From positions 4,800,001-4,864,000 of the forward strand of contig OZ242010.1 in the NCBI GenBank assembly GCA_965204745.1: a stretch of DNA of 64,000 bases. Reading direction: 5' to 3'. Shown in pieces: positions 20,077 to 29,186 of the stretch. The notes under the pieces were generated by a model. It saw only the letters and a list, made by a program, of their open reading frames with translations. It ran no database searches and was not told where the DNA came from. This DNA comes from Candidatus Latescibacterota bacterium (lineage in GTDB: Bacteria > Latescibacterota > UBA2968). The position numbers and the translations under genes were made by a program. How positions within the stretch are numbered: position 1 is the stretch's first letter; each line of letters opens with the position of its first letter.

Positions 20077-20847
20077 ATGCAATACGGTATTCGAGACAAC
20101 ATGTTGCACGCGCCGATAGAGACGATGTTTTCCGCGGCGCGAGACATTGGCTTTGATGGCGTGGAGTTTTGCGTCGGGCGTGCCTATCGAGAGAATATTT
20201 TGTGGCGCGATGGCGGCGCCGAGGACTTGAAGGCATTGGCAGATGCTGCGGATATCGAGATTTCATCCCTGTCGCCGGGGGTGTTTGCCCAATTTCATCC
20301 GGCATTGCCAGAACCGGAAAAGCGCGCCGAGGGCGTCGAAATTTTGACGCATGTGATCGCATCGTGCGCGGCGGTCGATACGCAGCATATTCTCGTGCCG
20401 ATGTTTCCCAGAGATATGGATGCGTGGCCCAAGGCGACATGGGATCAACTGGTAGATGGGTTCAAAGCACTTGGGAAAGTCGCCGAGGAGCACGGCGCGA
20501 TTTTGGATTTGGAGACGACGTTTAGCGCGGATCAGTTGGCGATGCTTTTGGAGCGCATCGGGTCAGACGCGGTGAAGGTCTATCACGATACGGGCAATAC
20601 GACCATGCGCGGGCAAGATGCAGCAGAGGAGATTTTGAAGTTGGGGCGCGAGGGCATTGGGATGATCCACGCCAAGGATACGGACCGACAGGCATTGGGC
20701 GAGGGCCGCGTGGATTTCGCCGCGGTGGATGCGGCCATGCGCGCGATCCATTACGACGGGTACATCGTGTTGGAAACGCCCTCTGGCGACGACCCGCATG
20801 CCGATCACGCCAAGAATTTGGCATTTGTCAAGAAACTGGGAGTTTAA
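20077..20847 (+). CDS. Sugar phosphate isomerase/epimerase (TIM barrel)
   Basis: GFDGVE, LE, YHDTGN, IHAKD, LGEGRVDF and YDGYIVLE. Confidence 0.88.
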   Translation: MQYGIRDNMLHAPIETMFSAARDIGFDGVEFCVGRAYRENILWRDGGAEDLKALADAADIEISSLSPGVFAQFHPALPEPEKRAEGVEILTHVIASCAAVDTQHILVPMFPRDMDAWPKATWDQLVDGFKALGKVAEEHGAILDLETTFSADQLAMLLERIGSDAVKVYHDTGNTTMRGQDAAEEILKLGREGIGMIHAKDTDRQALGEGRVDFAAVDAAMRAIHYDGYIVLETPSGDDPHADHAKNLAFVKKLGV

Positions 20848-20862
20848 GCACGCAGAGGCGAT

Positions 20863-21174
20863 TCACACATCTCGAATCGCCTCGTCTTTTTTTGTTATGA
20901 TGTCGATTCGCACAACGGCATCCAAGGCATTGGCGACCTTTTTCAGGGTGCTGATCGTGCAGTTTCCCCGGTTTTCCAATCGGCTAATGACCGGTGTGCT
21001 GGTGTCCAACTTCGCGGCCAATTGTGCTTGCGTCAATCCGCGTTGCTTCCGCAGTTGTGCAATTTTAACCGCAAGGCGCAACTCGTCGAGTCCTTCGTGA
21101 AATGACTCCGCGACCTCTCGGTCTTTCAACTGTTCTTCGAGAAAGACCTGAACACTTGTCTTTTGAATGGACAT
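20863..21174 (-). CDS. XRE HTH antitoxin
   Basis: LRKQRGLTQAQLAAKLDTSTPVISRLEN; directly downstream of a RelE-like toxin. Confidence 0.88.
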   Translation of the reverse strand: MSIQKTSVQVFLEEQLKDREVAESFHEGLDELRLAVKIAQLRKQRGLTQAQLAAKLDTSTPVISRLENRGNCTISTLKKVANALDAVVRIDIITKKDEAIRDV

Positions 21175-21177
21175 GTT

Positions 21178-21525
21178 TTAGCCCTCTTTTCTTTTTCGGT
21201 CAGCGTTCATGCGCTCCACTGCAATCCGAATTTCTCTTTGTGGAAGTTTCTGGCTTCGCTTTTCACATGCGTGCAACAATACAAAAACCCGATTCGCATC
21301 GCAATAGTACAAAACGCGATATTGATTTTTCCCATAACGCGCTCGCAGTTCTCTCACCCGTCCCTCAACCTGACTCGAATAAGGAAAGGGGAGAGCGAGA
21401 CCAAATTCCGCGAGAATTTGAATCACCTGCAATACTTTTCCTCTCGACTTGGGTTGAAGCAAAAGCAAAAAATCTTTGACAGGTTCTCGTCCTGTTTCAT
21501 TTTGATAAAATTCAACAAGCCACAT
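21178..21525 (-). CDS. Type II toxin, RelE/ParE (Gp49-like) family
   Basis: MWLVEFY...G.EPVKDFL...RELR...YRVLY...VLLHA..KRSQKLP..EI. Confidence 0.88.
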   Translation of the reverse strand: MWLVEFYQNETGREPVKDFLLLLQPKSRGKVLQVIQILAEFGLALPFPYSSQVEGRVRELRARYGKNQYRVLYYCDANRVFVLLHACEKRSQKLPQREIRIAVERMNADRKRKEG

Positions 21526-21716
21526 ACCATTGCCCGAGACACACGTTATATTCGCGTTAAAAAAATATAATAGCCGTTTCGTTTCACCAACGCAAGGAGA
21601 ATGGCGTAAGAAAGCCACCTGTTTTGGAGAGATCATGAAAATCCGACTTTTAGCTCGACTTGGGTCGATGTGTTTGGCGATTATATGGAACATTAAGCGA
21701 GGCGGTTTGGTCATAT

Positions 21717-21808
21717 AAAAAAGGCCGTTAGCCACTGAACTTTGGCGAGATCGGGCTAACGGCCGGAAGCCGCAGGACGGATTGGAAATCCAGCATGCGA
21801 CGCAAGAA
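21717..21808 (-). ncRNA. Candidate small RNA or attenuated leader
   Basis: TTGACA-17-TAAAAT promoter (21843-21815) and a perfect 11-bp hairpin plus U6 (21764-21717), both on the minus strand. Confidence 0.45.
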
Positions 21809-21938
21809 GCGACAATTTTAACAATTTTAGGTCTTTTTGTCAACACGGAGAAAGGAGGAAAACCGCGAGATGATGCAGTTCAGCCGGGAGAGGAGTTGTA
21901 CGCGAAAAACAAAGATCTGTCAAACAGGAGGAATGTCG

Positions 21939-22631
21939 ATGAGCAAATATTCGATGTTGAACGTGTGGTTGTTGGCGTTGGTGATCGCCGCGCCTGTGGC
22001 CGCACGGGAAGCGCGGTACGGTGCGGGCGTGTTTTTTAATCGCAGCGTGCCCGTGCAGGGGTTTCACGAACGGTATTCGGCTTCGCAGGTGTACGGCGTG
22101 GTGCTCGATTATCGGGTCAGTCCACGCGCCACAATCGAGTTTGAATACCACCACCTGACCATGGACGACGGAAAAATTGAAGGCCTGGCATTTACGTGGC
22201 CCATAGACAAGCAACAATATCTAAGCCCAAATGCCAACGCTCGGTTCAACCTCAACAGCTTTTTGATCAACGCGCTGGCGCATCTCAAACCCCGGCAGGT
22301 CCGCAGTGAGTTGCAACTTCTGCCGTATATCGCCGTGGGCGCGGGGTTCTACGATTACCAAGATCGGATCAGCGGGCTGATTTATCCGGGGCAAAAAGAA
22401 CAGCCTCTCAATCAGGAGTTGATGTTGGATCCAACCGAAGACGATCACACGGCTTTGGGCGCGAATTTGGGCTTGGGCATGGCGGTCACGCAACGGCGAT
22501 TCGGGCTGGATATCCGAGCGCGGTATCACTTGATCCTGGGCCATTTGAGTCCGATGGAGGCGTGGAATCTGTCGGGCGTGTTCCCGATAGCCACGTTTGA
22601 TTTTAGGACCGCGTTCAAACTCTACTGGTAG
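21939..22631 (+). CDS. Outer-membrane beta-barrel protein (OmpA/OmpW-like)
   Basis: Signal peptide, amphipathic strands (PYIAVGAGFY, LGANLGLG, LDIRARYH) and terminal aromatic residues KLYW. Confidence 0.75.
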   Translation: MSKYSMLNVWLLALVIAAPVAAREARYGAGVFFNRSVPVQGFHERYSASQVYGVVLDYRVSPRATIEFEYHHLTMDDGKIEGLAFTWPIDKQQYLSPNANARFNLNSFLINALAHLKPRQVRSELQLLPYIAVGAGFYDYQDRISGLIYPGQKEQPLNQELMLDPTEDDHTALGANLGLGMAVTQRRFGLDIRARYHLILGHLSPMEAWNLSGVFPIATFDFRTAFKLYW

Positions 22632-22645
22632 CCTCAAACGAGGAG

Positions 22646-25600
22646 ATGGTTATGAAGCGATTGATATTGGGCGTTGTTTTGGTGCTGTTGGGGTTGGACG
22701 CAGCGGCTCGGGCCGCAACGACGGGTAAAATCACGGGTACGATCACAGACGCGGGCACGGGCGAGCCGTTGCCGGGCGCGAATGTGGTGCTCGAAGGCGC
22801 GCGCAAAGGCGCGACCACAGACGCCGAGGGCCGGTATTTGATTCTGGCCGTGGATCCGGGCGTGCATGCGCTGATGGCGACGATGGTGGGCTATGGCGCG
22901 GAAAAGAAAGAAGCCGTGCAGGTGATTGTGGATTACACATCCACAGTGGATTTCGCGCTGAAAGAGACCGATCTCGAACTGACCGAACTCATCGTGATCG
23001 CCGAGCGTCCGCCGGTCGAGCCGGACAAAACCTCGAGCAAGTACGTGGTTTCCTCGGCGGATATCCAAGCCGTGCCACAGGTGAGGGCCACCGCGCAGTT
23101 GATCGCATTGCAGCCGGGCATGGCACTCGACGGCAGCAACCGCATTCGCGGAAGCACGACCCGCGAGCAGACCGGCACGCAGGTGGGCTATTACATCGAC
23201 GGGATCGAGGTCGATAGGAGCATGCTCACGGGCGTGAACACCACGGCCATTCAGGAATTGAGCGTGCTCACCGGCGGCATGAACGCGGAATTTGGCAATG
23301 CGGGCGCGGGCATCGTGAGTTTGGTGACAAAAGAAGGCCGGGGCAATTTCTCCGGGCGGATGGAGTACAAGTTCACGCCCGCGGGCAAAAAACACTGGGG
23401 CCGAGACGTGTACGACAGCCCGGCGTTTGAAGACAATGTGCAGTGGGACAATCCGGATTGGGTGAACGAGACGTACATCGACCCAGGCCCGGATCGCACG
23501 CTCGGCACCGCAGACGATGCCGAGCGCAGGGCACACGAGCGCGTCAATTACACGGCTGCGCGTGGGCATCGCATAGAAGGCACGTTGAGCGGGCCGGTCG
23601 TGCGCGATTTTTCGTATTTTGCCAGCGCGAGTTATTCGCGCAGCCCGGCGCGGTTTCCAGCAGCCGAACAAGTGCAGGACGATCCGCCGCGCCTCCAAGC
23701 GACCGTGACGTACCGGCCCGGCGCGAACATCAAGGTGAAGGCCCTAGGCATGTACCAGCGGTCGGATCGGTTTCAGGGATCCACGCGCAACAATGCCCAA
23801 AACATCTTCTTTCCGGAAGACTTTTCCGCTTCGGGCACGTACGCCTTGTCGCGGCAACTCGAGGTCTTGACCATCACGCACACCCTGGGCAAAAACACGT
23901 ATTACGATCTGAAATTTTTCCACAACAAATTCGACCGCGATACGTCCAACGTGCCCGCGGCCACCGAAGCCGTGCGAAAGGACAAAGCCGGGTATTTCAA
24001 TTTGCCCACGCTGGTGCGCGAATACACCGAAGAGGAAGACGCCAAGTACGGCGTCAAATTCGACTTTGTGAGTCAGGTCAACCGGTCGCACTTGATCCAG
24101 ACCGGGTTGGTGCTCACGCGACGGGCCTACCACCGCACGCGGGAGGATTTTGACAATACCAAGAGTCGATTTCTCGAATTTGTGGCCGACGGGTTTGACT
24201 TGGGCAAAAACGTGAAGCCGTGGACCTTAAACCTGTACGTGCAAGACAAGATCGAGTACGGGGGCTTGGTCGCCAACTTGGGTTTGCGCTACGATTATTA
24301 CAATTTTGGGCGCAAAGGCTCGATGGGCGAGGCATTGGGCAAATCCCCGATGTACAGCACGTTCACCCGAGCGCGTTACGAACTCGACCACCTCGACAGC
24401 GACACGCCGGTCATGACCGCGTTAAGCCCGCGCGTGGGCCTGTCGCATCCGATTACGGATCGGTTGTCCGCACACTATTTCATCGGCCGCGCGCACGTTT
24501 TCCCGGTGCTCCTCGAAACGCATCGCAGGCAGTTTTCCAGCGAGGCGCCGGACAATGACCTCAATGGCAATGGCGCGATAGACGACGCGGAAAAGTGGAA
24601 TGCGATGGAAGTGCATACCACTGCGCGGCAGCCATCCGATGGCATGAAACCGCAGCGCGCCACGAGCATGGAAATGGGGGTCGATTGGAATTTCGTCGCC
24701 GATTACACGGCTAGCATCACGGCCCACTACCGGCGGGACGAGGGCTTGTACGCCAGCAACAATATTTCCTATTGGGTCGATCCGCTCAAAGGCCAGTCCG
24801 CGCAGGTCAACGCCATTCGCAACACCTATTGGCAAACCGCGCGCGGCCTCGAACTGTCCCTGAAAAAGTCGTTCGGCAACAATTTCCAATTCAACCTGTC
24901 CTACAATGCCGAATGGGTGCGCGACCCGGGCGGCATTCACTACGGCAAGCACTCGGCAAATTGGTACGTGCTACCAGACGCGGATTTCATCGCTGCCGGG
25001 CATTATTGGACCGACTGGGAGGTGCAAGCCGACGGGGCCGAAAGGCCGGTGCCGCTCACGTCCGAGCAAGTGGCCGACATCAGCGCACAGGCAGAGGCAA
25101 ATCTCGTGGCGTGGACCGAACGCGCCGGGGCCCAAGGCCCGGGCGCAGGCCCGTGGCAACCCCCGATTAAGACCAATGACAATGGCTTATGGACCGCGTC
25201 AAACGGGCAGGTCTTTTCCGCAGAGCCGACTGGGGGGCAACGCAGGAACCAGTTGTCGCTCCAGTTCTACTATGCCACGCCGATGGGGTATGGCCCCAAG
25301 ATGGGCGCGGTTTATCCCCTCGGCGGCCTGCGCGTGAGCATGATCTACCGCATTTTCAGCGGGGAGCCGTTCGAGTACGTCCCCCCCATTGGCCCGCGGG
25401 AGTTTCGCGTGGGCGCGCCTGCGATGAAGACCGATTTGTACGCGGCCAAGGATTTCAAAGCCATTGGCAACCTGCGGCCCACCCTGTTTGTGGAAGTGAG
25501 CAATTTGTTCAACGAAAAGAGCACCGAGAGCCGCAACTCGGATTTTACCTACGTGCAATACGGGTTGCGGTTGCCCCCGCCGGATGACACCGAGTATTTG

Positions 25601-25681
25601 CTCTACGGGGACCCGCGCGAAGCCACGCGCTACACGTACAACCCGCGCGAAGTGGAAATCGGTTTGGAAATTCAATTTTGA
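22646..25681 (+). CDS. TonB-dependent receptor with N-terminal carboxypeptidase-regulatory-like domain
   Basis: TGKITGTITDAGTGEPLPGANV, plug motifs YYIDG and GGMNAEFGNA..GIV...TKEG, NLGLRYD, SPRVG, V.NLFN and C-terminal PREVEIGLEIQF. Confidence 0.92.
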   Translation: MVMKRLILGVVLVLLGLDAAARAATTGKITGTITDAGTGEPLPGANVVLEGARKGATTDAEGRYLILAVDPGVHALMATMVGYGAEKKEAVQVIVDYTSTVDFALKETDLELTELIVIAERPPVEPDKTSSKYVVSSADIQAVPQVRATAQLIALQPGMALDGSNRIRGSTTREQTGTQVGYYIDGIEVDRSMLTGVNTTAIQELSVLTGGMNAEFGNAGAGIVSLVTKEGRGNFSGRMEYKFTPAGKKHWGRDVYDSPAFEDNVQWDNPDWVNETYIDPGPDRTLGTADDAERRAHERVNYTAARGHRIEGTLSGPVVRDFSYFASASYSRSPARFPAAEQVQDDPPRLQATVTYRPGANIKVKALGMYQRSDRFQGSTRNNAQNIFFPEDFSASGTYALSRQLEVLTITHTLGKNTYYDLKFFHNKFDRDTSNVPAATEAVRKDKAGYFNLPTLVREYTEEEDAKYGVKFDFVSQVNRSHLIQTGLVLTRRAYHRTREDFDNTKSRFLEFVADGFDLGKNVKPWTLNLYVQDKIEYGGLVANLGLRYDYYNFGRKGSMGEALGKSPMYSTFTRARYELDHLDSDTPVMTALSPRVGLSHPITDRLSAHYFIGRAHVFPVLLETHRRQFSSEAPDNDLNGNGAIDDAEKWNAMEVHTTARQPSDGMKPQRATSMEMGVDWNFVADYTASITAHYRRDEGLYASNNISYWVDPLKGQSAQVNAIRNTYWQTARGLELSLKKSFGNNFQFNLSYNAEWVRDPGGIHYGKHSANWYVLPDADFIAAGHYWTDWEVQADGAERPVPLTSEQVADISAQAEANLVAWTERAGAQGPGAGPWQPPIKTNDNGLWTASNGQVFSAEPTGGQRRNQLSLQFYYATPMGYGPKMGAVYPLGGLRVSMIYRIFSGEPFEYVPPIGPREFRVGAPAMKTDLYAAKDFKAIGNLRPTLFVEVSNLFNEKSTESRNSDFTYVQYGLRLPPPDDTEYLLYGDPREATRYTYNPREVEIGLEIQF

Positions 25682-25699
25682 GAATTGGAGGATGGCGAT

Positions 25700-28075
25700 A
25701 TGACGAAACACATTCGAACGGTTGCCCTGATTTTGGCGGTTGCCGGCTGGGCACTCGACGCGTATTCACTGGACACGCAAAACCTGCGCCAACTCACACG
25801 CGGACAACTCTGGACCGGTTTTCGCAACGAGGGCACGCAGGGCGGCGTGTGGGACGACCGCAGCTCTCGCGGCACGCCCCGCCTGACCTATCCGGGCATG
25901 GGCAATGGCATTATGCTCAACATGGCAGGCGCGGACTACATCGAGTATTTCGGCAAAAAGGACGGTTTTAGCTGGGCCGAGCAAAAAAACGAGGCGCAGA
26001 ATTTGTCCGCTGGCGAAGGGATATGGGTGTTGACGAATGTCGATGGCGAATACGGCGTATCGTATTCCGGGCCTTGGACCCCCTCTGCGGACATCGCGCC
26101 GATGTACTACGACATTGCCAACAGCCCGGAAGCGAATTGGGGATATCGGGTGGAGGTGCCCCCGCACGGCTTGGGCGCGGGCCTCATCATGCCCAACTGG
26201 TACCCGGGCGCGGCAGTGCAAACAGACGCGCCGCGAACCGGCGTGCCCTACGAGATCCTCAACCACCGCTGGGGGCAGTACATGGACGCGGACAAGGACG
26301 ACCGCGCCGAGGATATCATAATCAGCCGATGGACCACCAAACACGGCGTTGCGATCACGCGCAAGGCCATGGCGTGGACCTATCAGGGCTTTGACGACTT
26401 CTTCATTTTGGAAGTGGAGTTTGAAAACACCGGGGATTCGGATGGCGATGGCGTGCCCGATGTGAACGGCGGCGCGGGTCATCACCTGCGCGGCGCGTAT
26501 TTCGCATTTGTGCAGGGCTTTACCGTGAGCATGTCCGGCGAGGGCAATTGGAACAGCATCGGTTCTGGCATGCCCGGATCGTACCAGCCACAGGACGATC
26601 AGTACCGCTATACGGACGCGCCGAATTACGACGGGCCTGCGGAATACGTGGGCTTGAAGATGAATTACCAATGGGATGGCGACAGCCTTGAACGGTCCGA
26701 AGAAGACACCGGGCAACCCGTTTATATCGAAAGCGTACACGGCAATGCAAAGCGGTTGCCGGGCGGGGTGTTCGACGGGCAAATGCGCTCCCCGCAATAC
26801 GTGGGCGTGGCCCCATTGGCCTATCGGGATACCGGCCCCTCGCATGTGTTCAATGCGGATGATCGGGGCAAATACGTCAATCCCCAAGGCGAACAACCCC
26901 GGACCTCCAAGTGGTGGGAAACGCGCGACTTTTGGGGCCTGAACACGGATTTGCCCAATCTGCAAAGCGATTCCGAGCAGGGCATTTACGAAACCTTTTC
27001 CGGGACGACGGACGCCAATCCCACTATCGTCAATGCCATGGCCAACGCGCTCGCGTTTGGGCCTTACGACCTCGCGGTGGGCGAAAAGGCCAAGATCGTG
27101 GTGGCGTATGTCGCGGGCACGGGCGCGCAGGCATTGCCTCGGCCGACCCAACCCGCGTACGCAGTGGATGTGCAAACGTTTTGCATGGCCGATATTCCGC
27201 TGGAGGAATCGGTTCGCCTCAACCGCTTGAAACGGGGCGAGGCCGCCCTTGTCGCGCATCTGAAGGCCGCGCAATTCGCGTATGACAATCGGTACGATTT
27301 GCCGGATTATCCGCCGGATGTCGCGTTCGCGCCCGGGGTGAATCAGGACGCGGAGATCACACTGACGTGGTCAGACATTGCTGAATCGTCCGTGCATCCG
27401 GATTTTGGCGAGGCCGACATCGCGGGGTATCGGGTGTTTCGCTCCGCGTATCAGGAATTTGGCCCATGGGAACTCGTGGGCACCATTCCCAAAGGCACGA
27501 CCGGCGCGACGTGGGATTATTCGGCCGGGCAATACGTGTGGCGCGACAACACGGCCGTCGCCGGGTTTCGGTATTTCTACAATGTGCGCGCCTTTGCCAA
27601 ACCGCACGACGCGTGGACCAATGGCATGTCGAGCATGGCCGATTTGCCCGAAGAAGTGCAGGGCCATTTGCGCGCTGGCCTCGAGGGGGGATATTCCGCG
27701 CCAGAGCAGCGCGTGAACCTCGACCTCAGCCCGTTTCAGCCGGGGCTCGCGCCGTCATGGCCGGAAAAGCGCGTGCGCGTGGTGCCCAATCCCTTCAGCT
27801 TGTCGGAATCCGGCTACAACTACCAGAGTTCAAAGAAGATCCGCTTCTTGGGGCTACCGCCCAAAAGCCGCGTGGTGATCTACAATGTGGCCGGGGATAT
27901 CGTGGGTGAAATCCTGCACGACGACCCAAATTCGGGCGAAGCCTCATGGTTCCAAATTGAACGCAATGTGACGTCGCCAGACGTCGCCAGCGGGATTTAT
28001 TTTTACGTGGTCGAATCCCTGACCCCAGAGAGCATGGGGCAACAGGTGACCGGCACATTTTACATTTTGAGATGA
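25700..28075 (+). CDS. Secreted protein with Fn3-like domain and T9SS/FlgD-like C-terminal domain
   Basis: Sec signal without lipobox Cys, DSDGDG Ca-loop, ITLTW..GYRVFRS..YFYNVRAF, and C-terminal VRVVPNPF...IYNVAGD...ASGIYFYVV...FYILR. Confidence 0.75.
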   Translation: MTKHIRTVALILAVAGWALDAYSLDTQNLRQLTRGQLWTGFRNEGTQGGVWDDRSSRGTPRLTYPGMGNGIMLNMAGADYIEYFGKKDGFSWAEQKNEAQNLSAGEGIWVLTNVDGEYGVSYSGPWTPSADIAPMYYDIANSPEANWGYRVEVPPHGLGAGLIMPNWYPGAAVQTDAPRTGVPYEILNHRWGQYMDADKDDRAEDIIISRWTTKHGVAITRKAMAWTYQGFDDFFILEVEFENTGDSDGDGVPDVNGGAGHHLRGAYFAFVQGFTVSMSGEGNWNSIGSGMPGSYQPQDDQYRYTDAPNYDGPAEYVGLKMNYQWDGDSLERSEEDTGQPVYIESVHGNAKRLPGGVFDGQMRSPQYVGVAPLAYRDTGPSHVFNADDRGKYVNPQGEQPRTSKWWETRDFWGLNTDLPNLQSDSEQGIYETFSGTTDANPTIVNAMANALAFGPYDLAVGEKAKIVVAYVAGTGAQALPRPTQPAYAVDVQTFCMADIPLEESVRLNRLKRGEAALVAHLKAAQFAYDNRYDLPDYPPDVAFAPGVNQDAEITLTWSDIAESSVHPDFGEADIAGYRVFRSAYQEFGPWELVGTIPKGTTGATWDYSAGQYVWRDNTAVAGFRYFYNVRAFAKPHDAWTNGMSSMADLPEEVQGHLRAGLEGGYSAPEQRVNLDLSPFQPGLAPSWPEKRVRVVPNPFSLSESGYNYQSSKKIRFLGLPPKSRVVIYNVAGDIVGEILHDDPNSGEASWFQIERNVTSPDVASGIYFYVVESLTPESMGQQVTGTFYILR

Positions 28076-28085
28076 GGAGCGCGAC

Positions 28086-29042
28086 ATGAAAAAACAGATC
28101 TTGCTGGCACTTGTGCTCGGCCTGATGGCAGGCCCCGCGCTCGGCCAGTCGGACTTTGGGGAATACGGCACGATCTTGCCGGTGAAGGGCCAGTCGTCGC
28201 TGGTGTTTCTCAAAATCGGCGCGTCGCCTAGGGCCGTGGCAATGGGCGAAGCCTTCGTTGCGATGAATGGCGGGATCGACGCATCTTTTTACAACCCCGG
28301 CGCACTGGGATTCGTTTCCGGCGGGGAATACGCGCTGACGTACACGCGCTGGCTGGTCAATTCCGGCTTGTATTCCGGAGCCTTGGCTTACAAGTGGGGG
28401 AGCAATGCGTTTGGGATTTCCATCGTGAGCTTTGTGCCCGAAGCCGTGGAGGAAACCACGATTTTTCAAGCCACGGGCACCGGGCGCATGATCCGCGGCG
28501 GGGATACGGCCATTGGATTTTTATTTGCGCGGCAGATGACCGACAAAGTTTCATGGGGCGCGCAGGCGAGGTGGGTTCAAGAGGACTTGGTTCTCAAAAA
28601 GACGAGCACCTTTCAGTTCGACTTGGGCATTTCCGCGTACACGGGCTATCGCAGTTTGCGGATCGCCGCTGCCGCGCGCAATGTGGGCGCCGATGTCACG
28701 GTGGAGACCGAGCAGTTTTCCCCGCCGATCAATTTCAATTTTGGGCTGGCCGGGGAAATCTATGGAAAACAGGGGGACCCGATGTACGTGACGCTTGCAG
28801 CCGAGACCATCATGGCGACCGATTACGGGCAGCGATGGCATTTTGGCGGCGAGTGTTGGATCGCCAATACGTTCGCCCTGCGCGGCGGGTATAAGGTCAA
28901 TTACGACATTGAGGATTACGCCCTGGGCGTGGGACTGAAATATGCGTTTGGCGAGCGCGATATCCGCGTGGATGTGTCCTACAGCGACGGCGGAACGCAT
29001 TTCGACGCCCCATTGCGCGTAGCTTTAAGCGGATCGTTCTGA
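28086..29042 (+). CDS. PorV/PorQ-family outer-membrane beta-barrel
   Basis: FLKIGASPRAVAMGEAFVA...FYNPGAL signature, ALRGGY and terminal F. Confidence 0.88.
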   Translation: MKKQILLALVLGLMAGPALGQSDFGEYGTILPVKGQSSLVFLKIGASPRAVAMGEAFVAMNGGIDASFYNPGALGFVSGGEYALTYTRWLVNSGLYSGALAYKWGSNAFGISIVSFVPEAVEETTIFQATGTGRMIRGGDTAIGFLFARQMTDKVSWGAQARWVQEDLVLKKTSTFQFDLGISAYTGYRSLRIAAAARNVGADVTVETEQFSPPINFNFGLAGEIYGKQGDPMYVTLAAETIMATDYGQRWHFGGECWIANTFALRGGYKVNYDIEDYALGVGLKYAFGERDIRVDVSYSDGGTHFDAPLRVALSGSF

Positions 29043-29068
29043 TCCCGCAACGCAATGCAAAGCGCGAC

Positions 29069-29107
29069 AGGTGTGTGCAGGGGGTTTCTTGCACGCACCT
29101 TCTTTTT
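29069..29107 (+). terminator. Intrinsic terminator closing the outer-membrane operon
   Basis: AGGTGTGTGCAG...TTGCACGCACCT followed by TCTTTTT. Confidence 0.7.
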
Positions 29108-29186
29108 ATGCTACATTGCGAAGGATGGGATAATGAGTGAAACAGCGGTTGAATACGTCGTTATCGGATGTTAGAGTGGAGTTGAG

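Noticed and set aside
21526-21846. 107-aa N-terminal extension of the RelE-like toxin
   Set aside because: It starts at a TTG inside the -35 box and crosses a terminator; toxin similarity begins at 21525.
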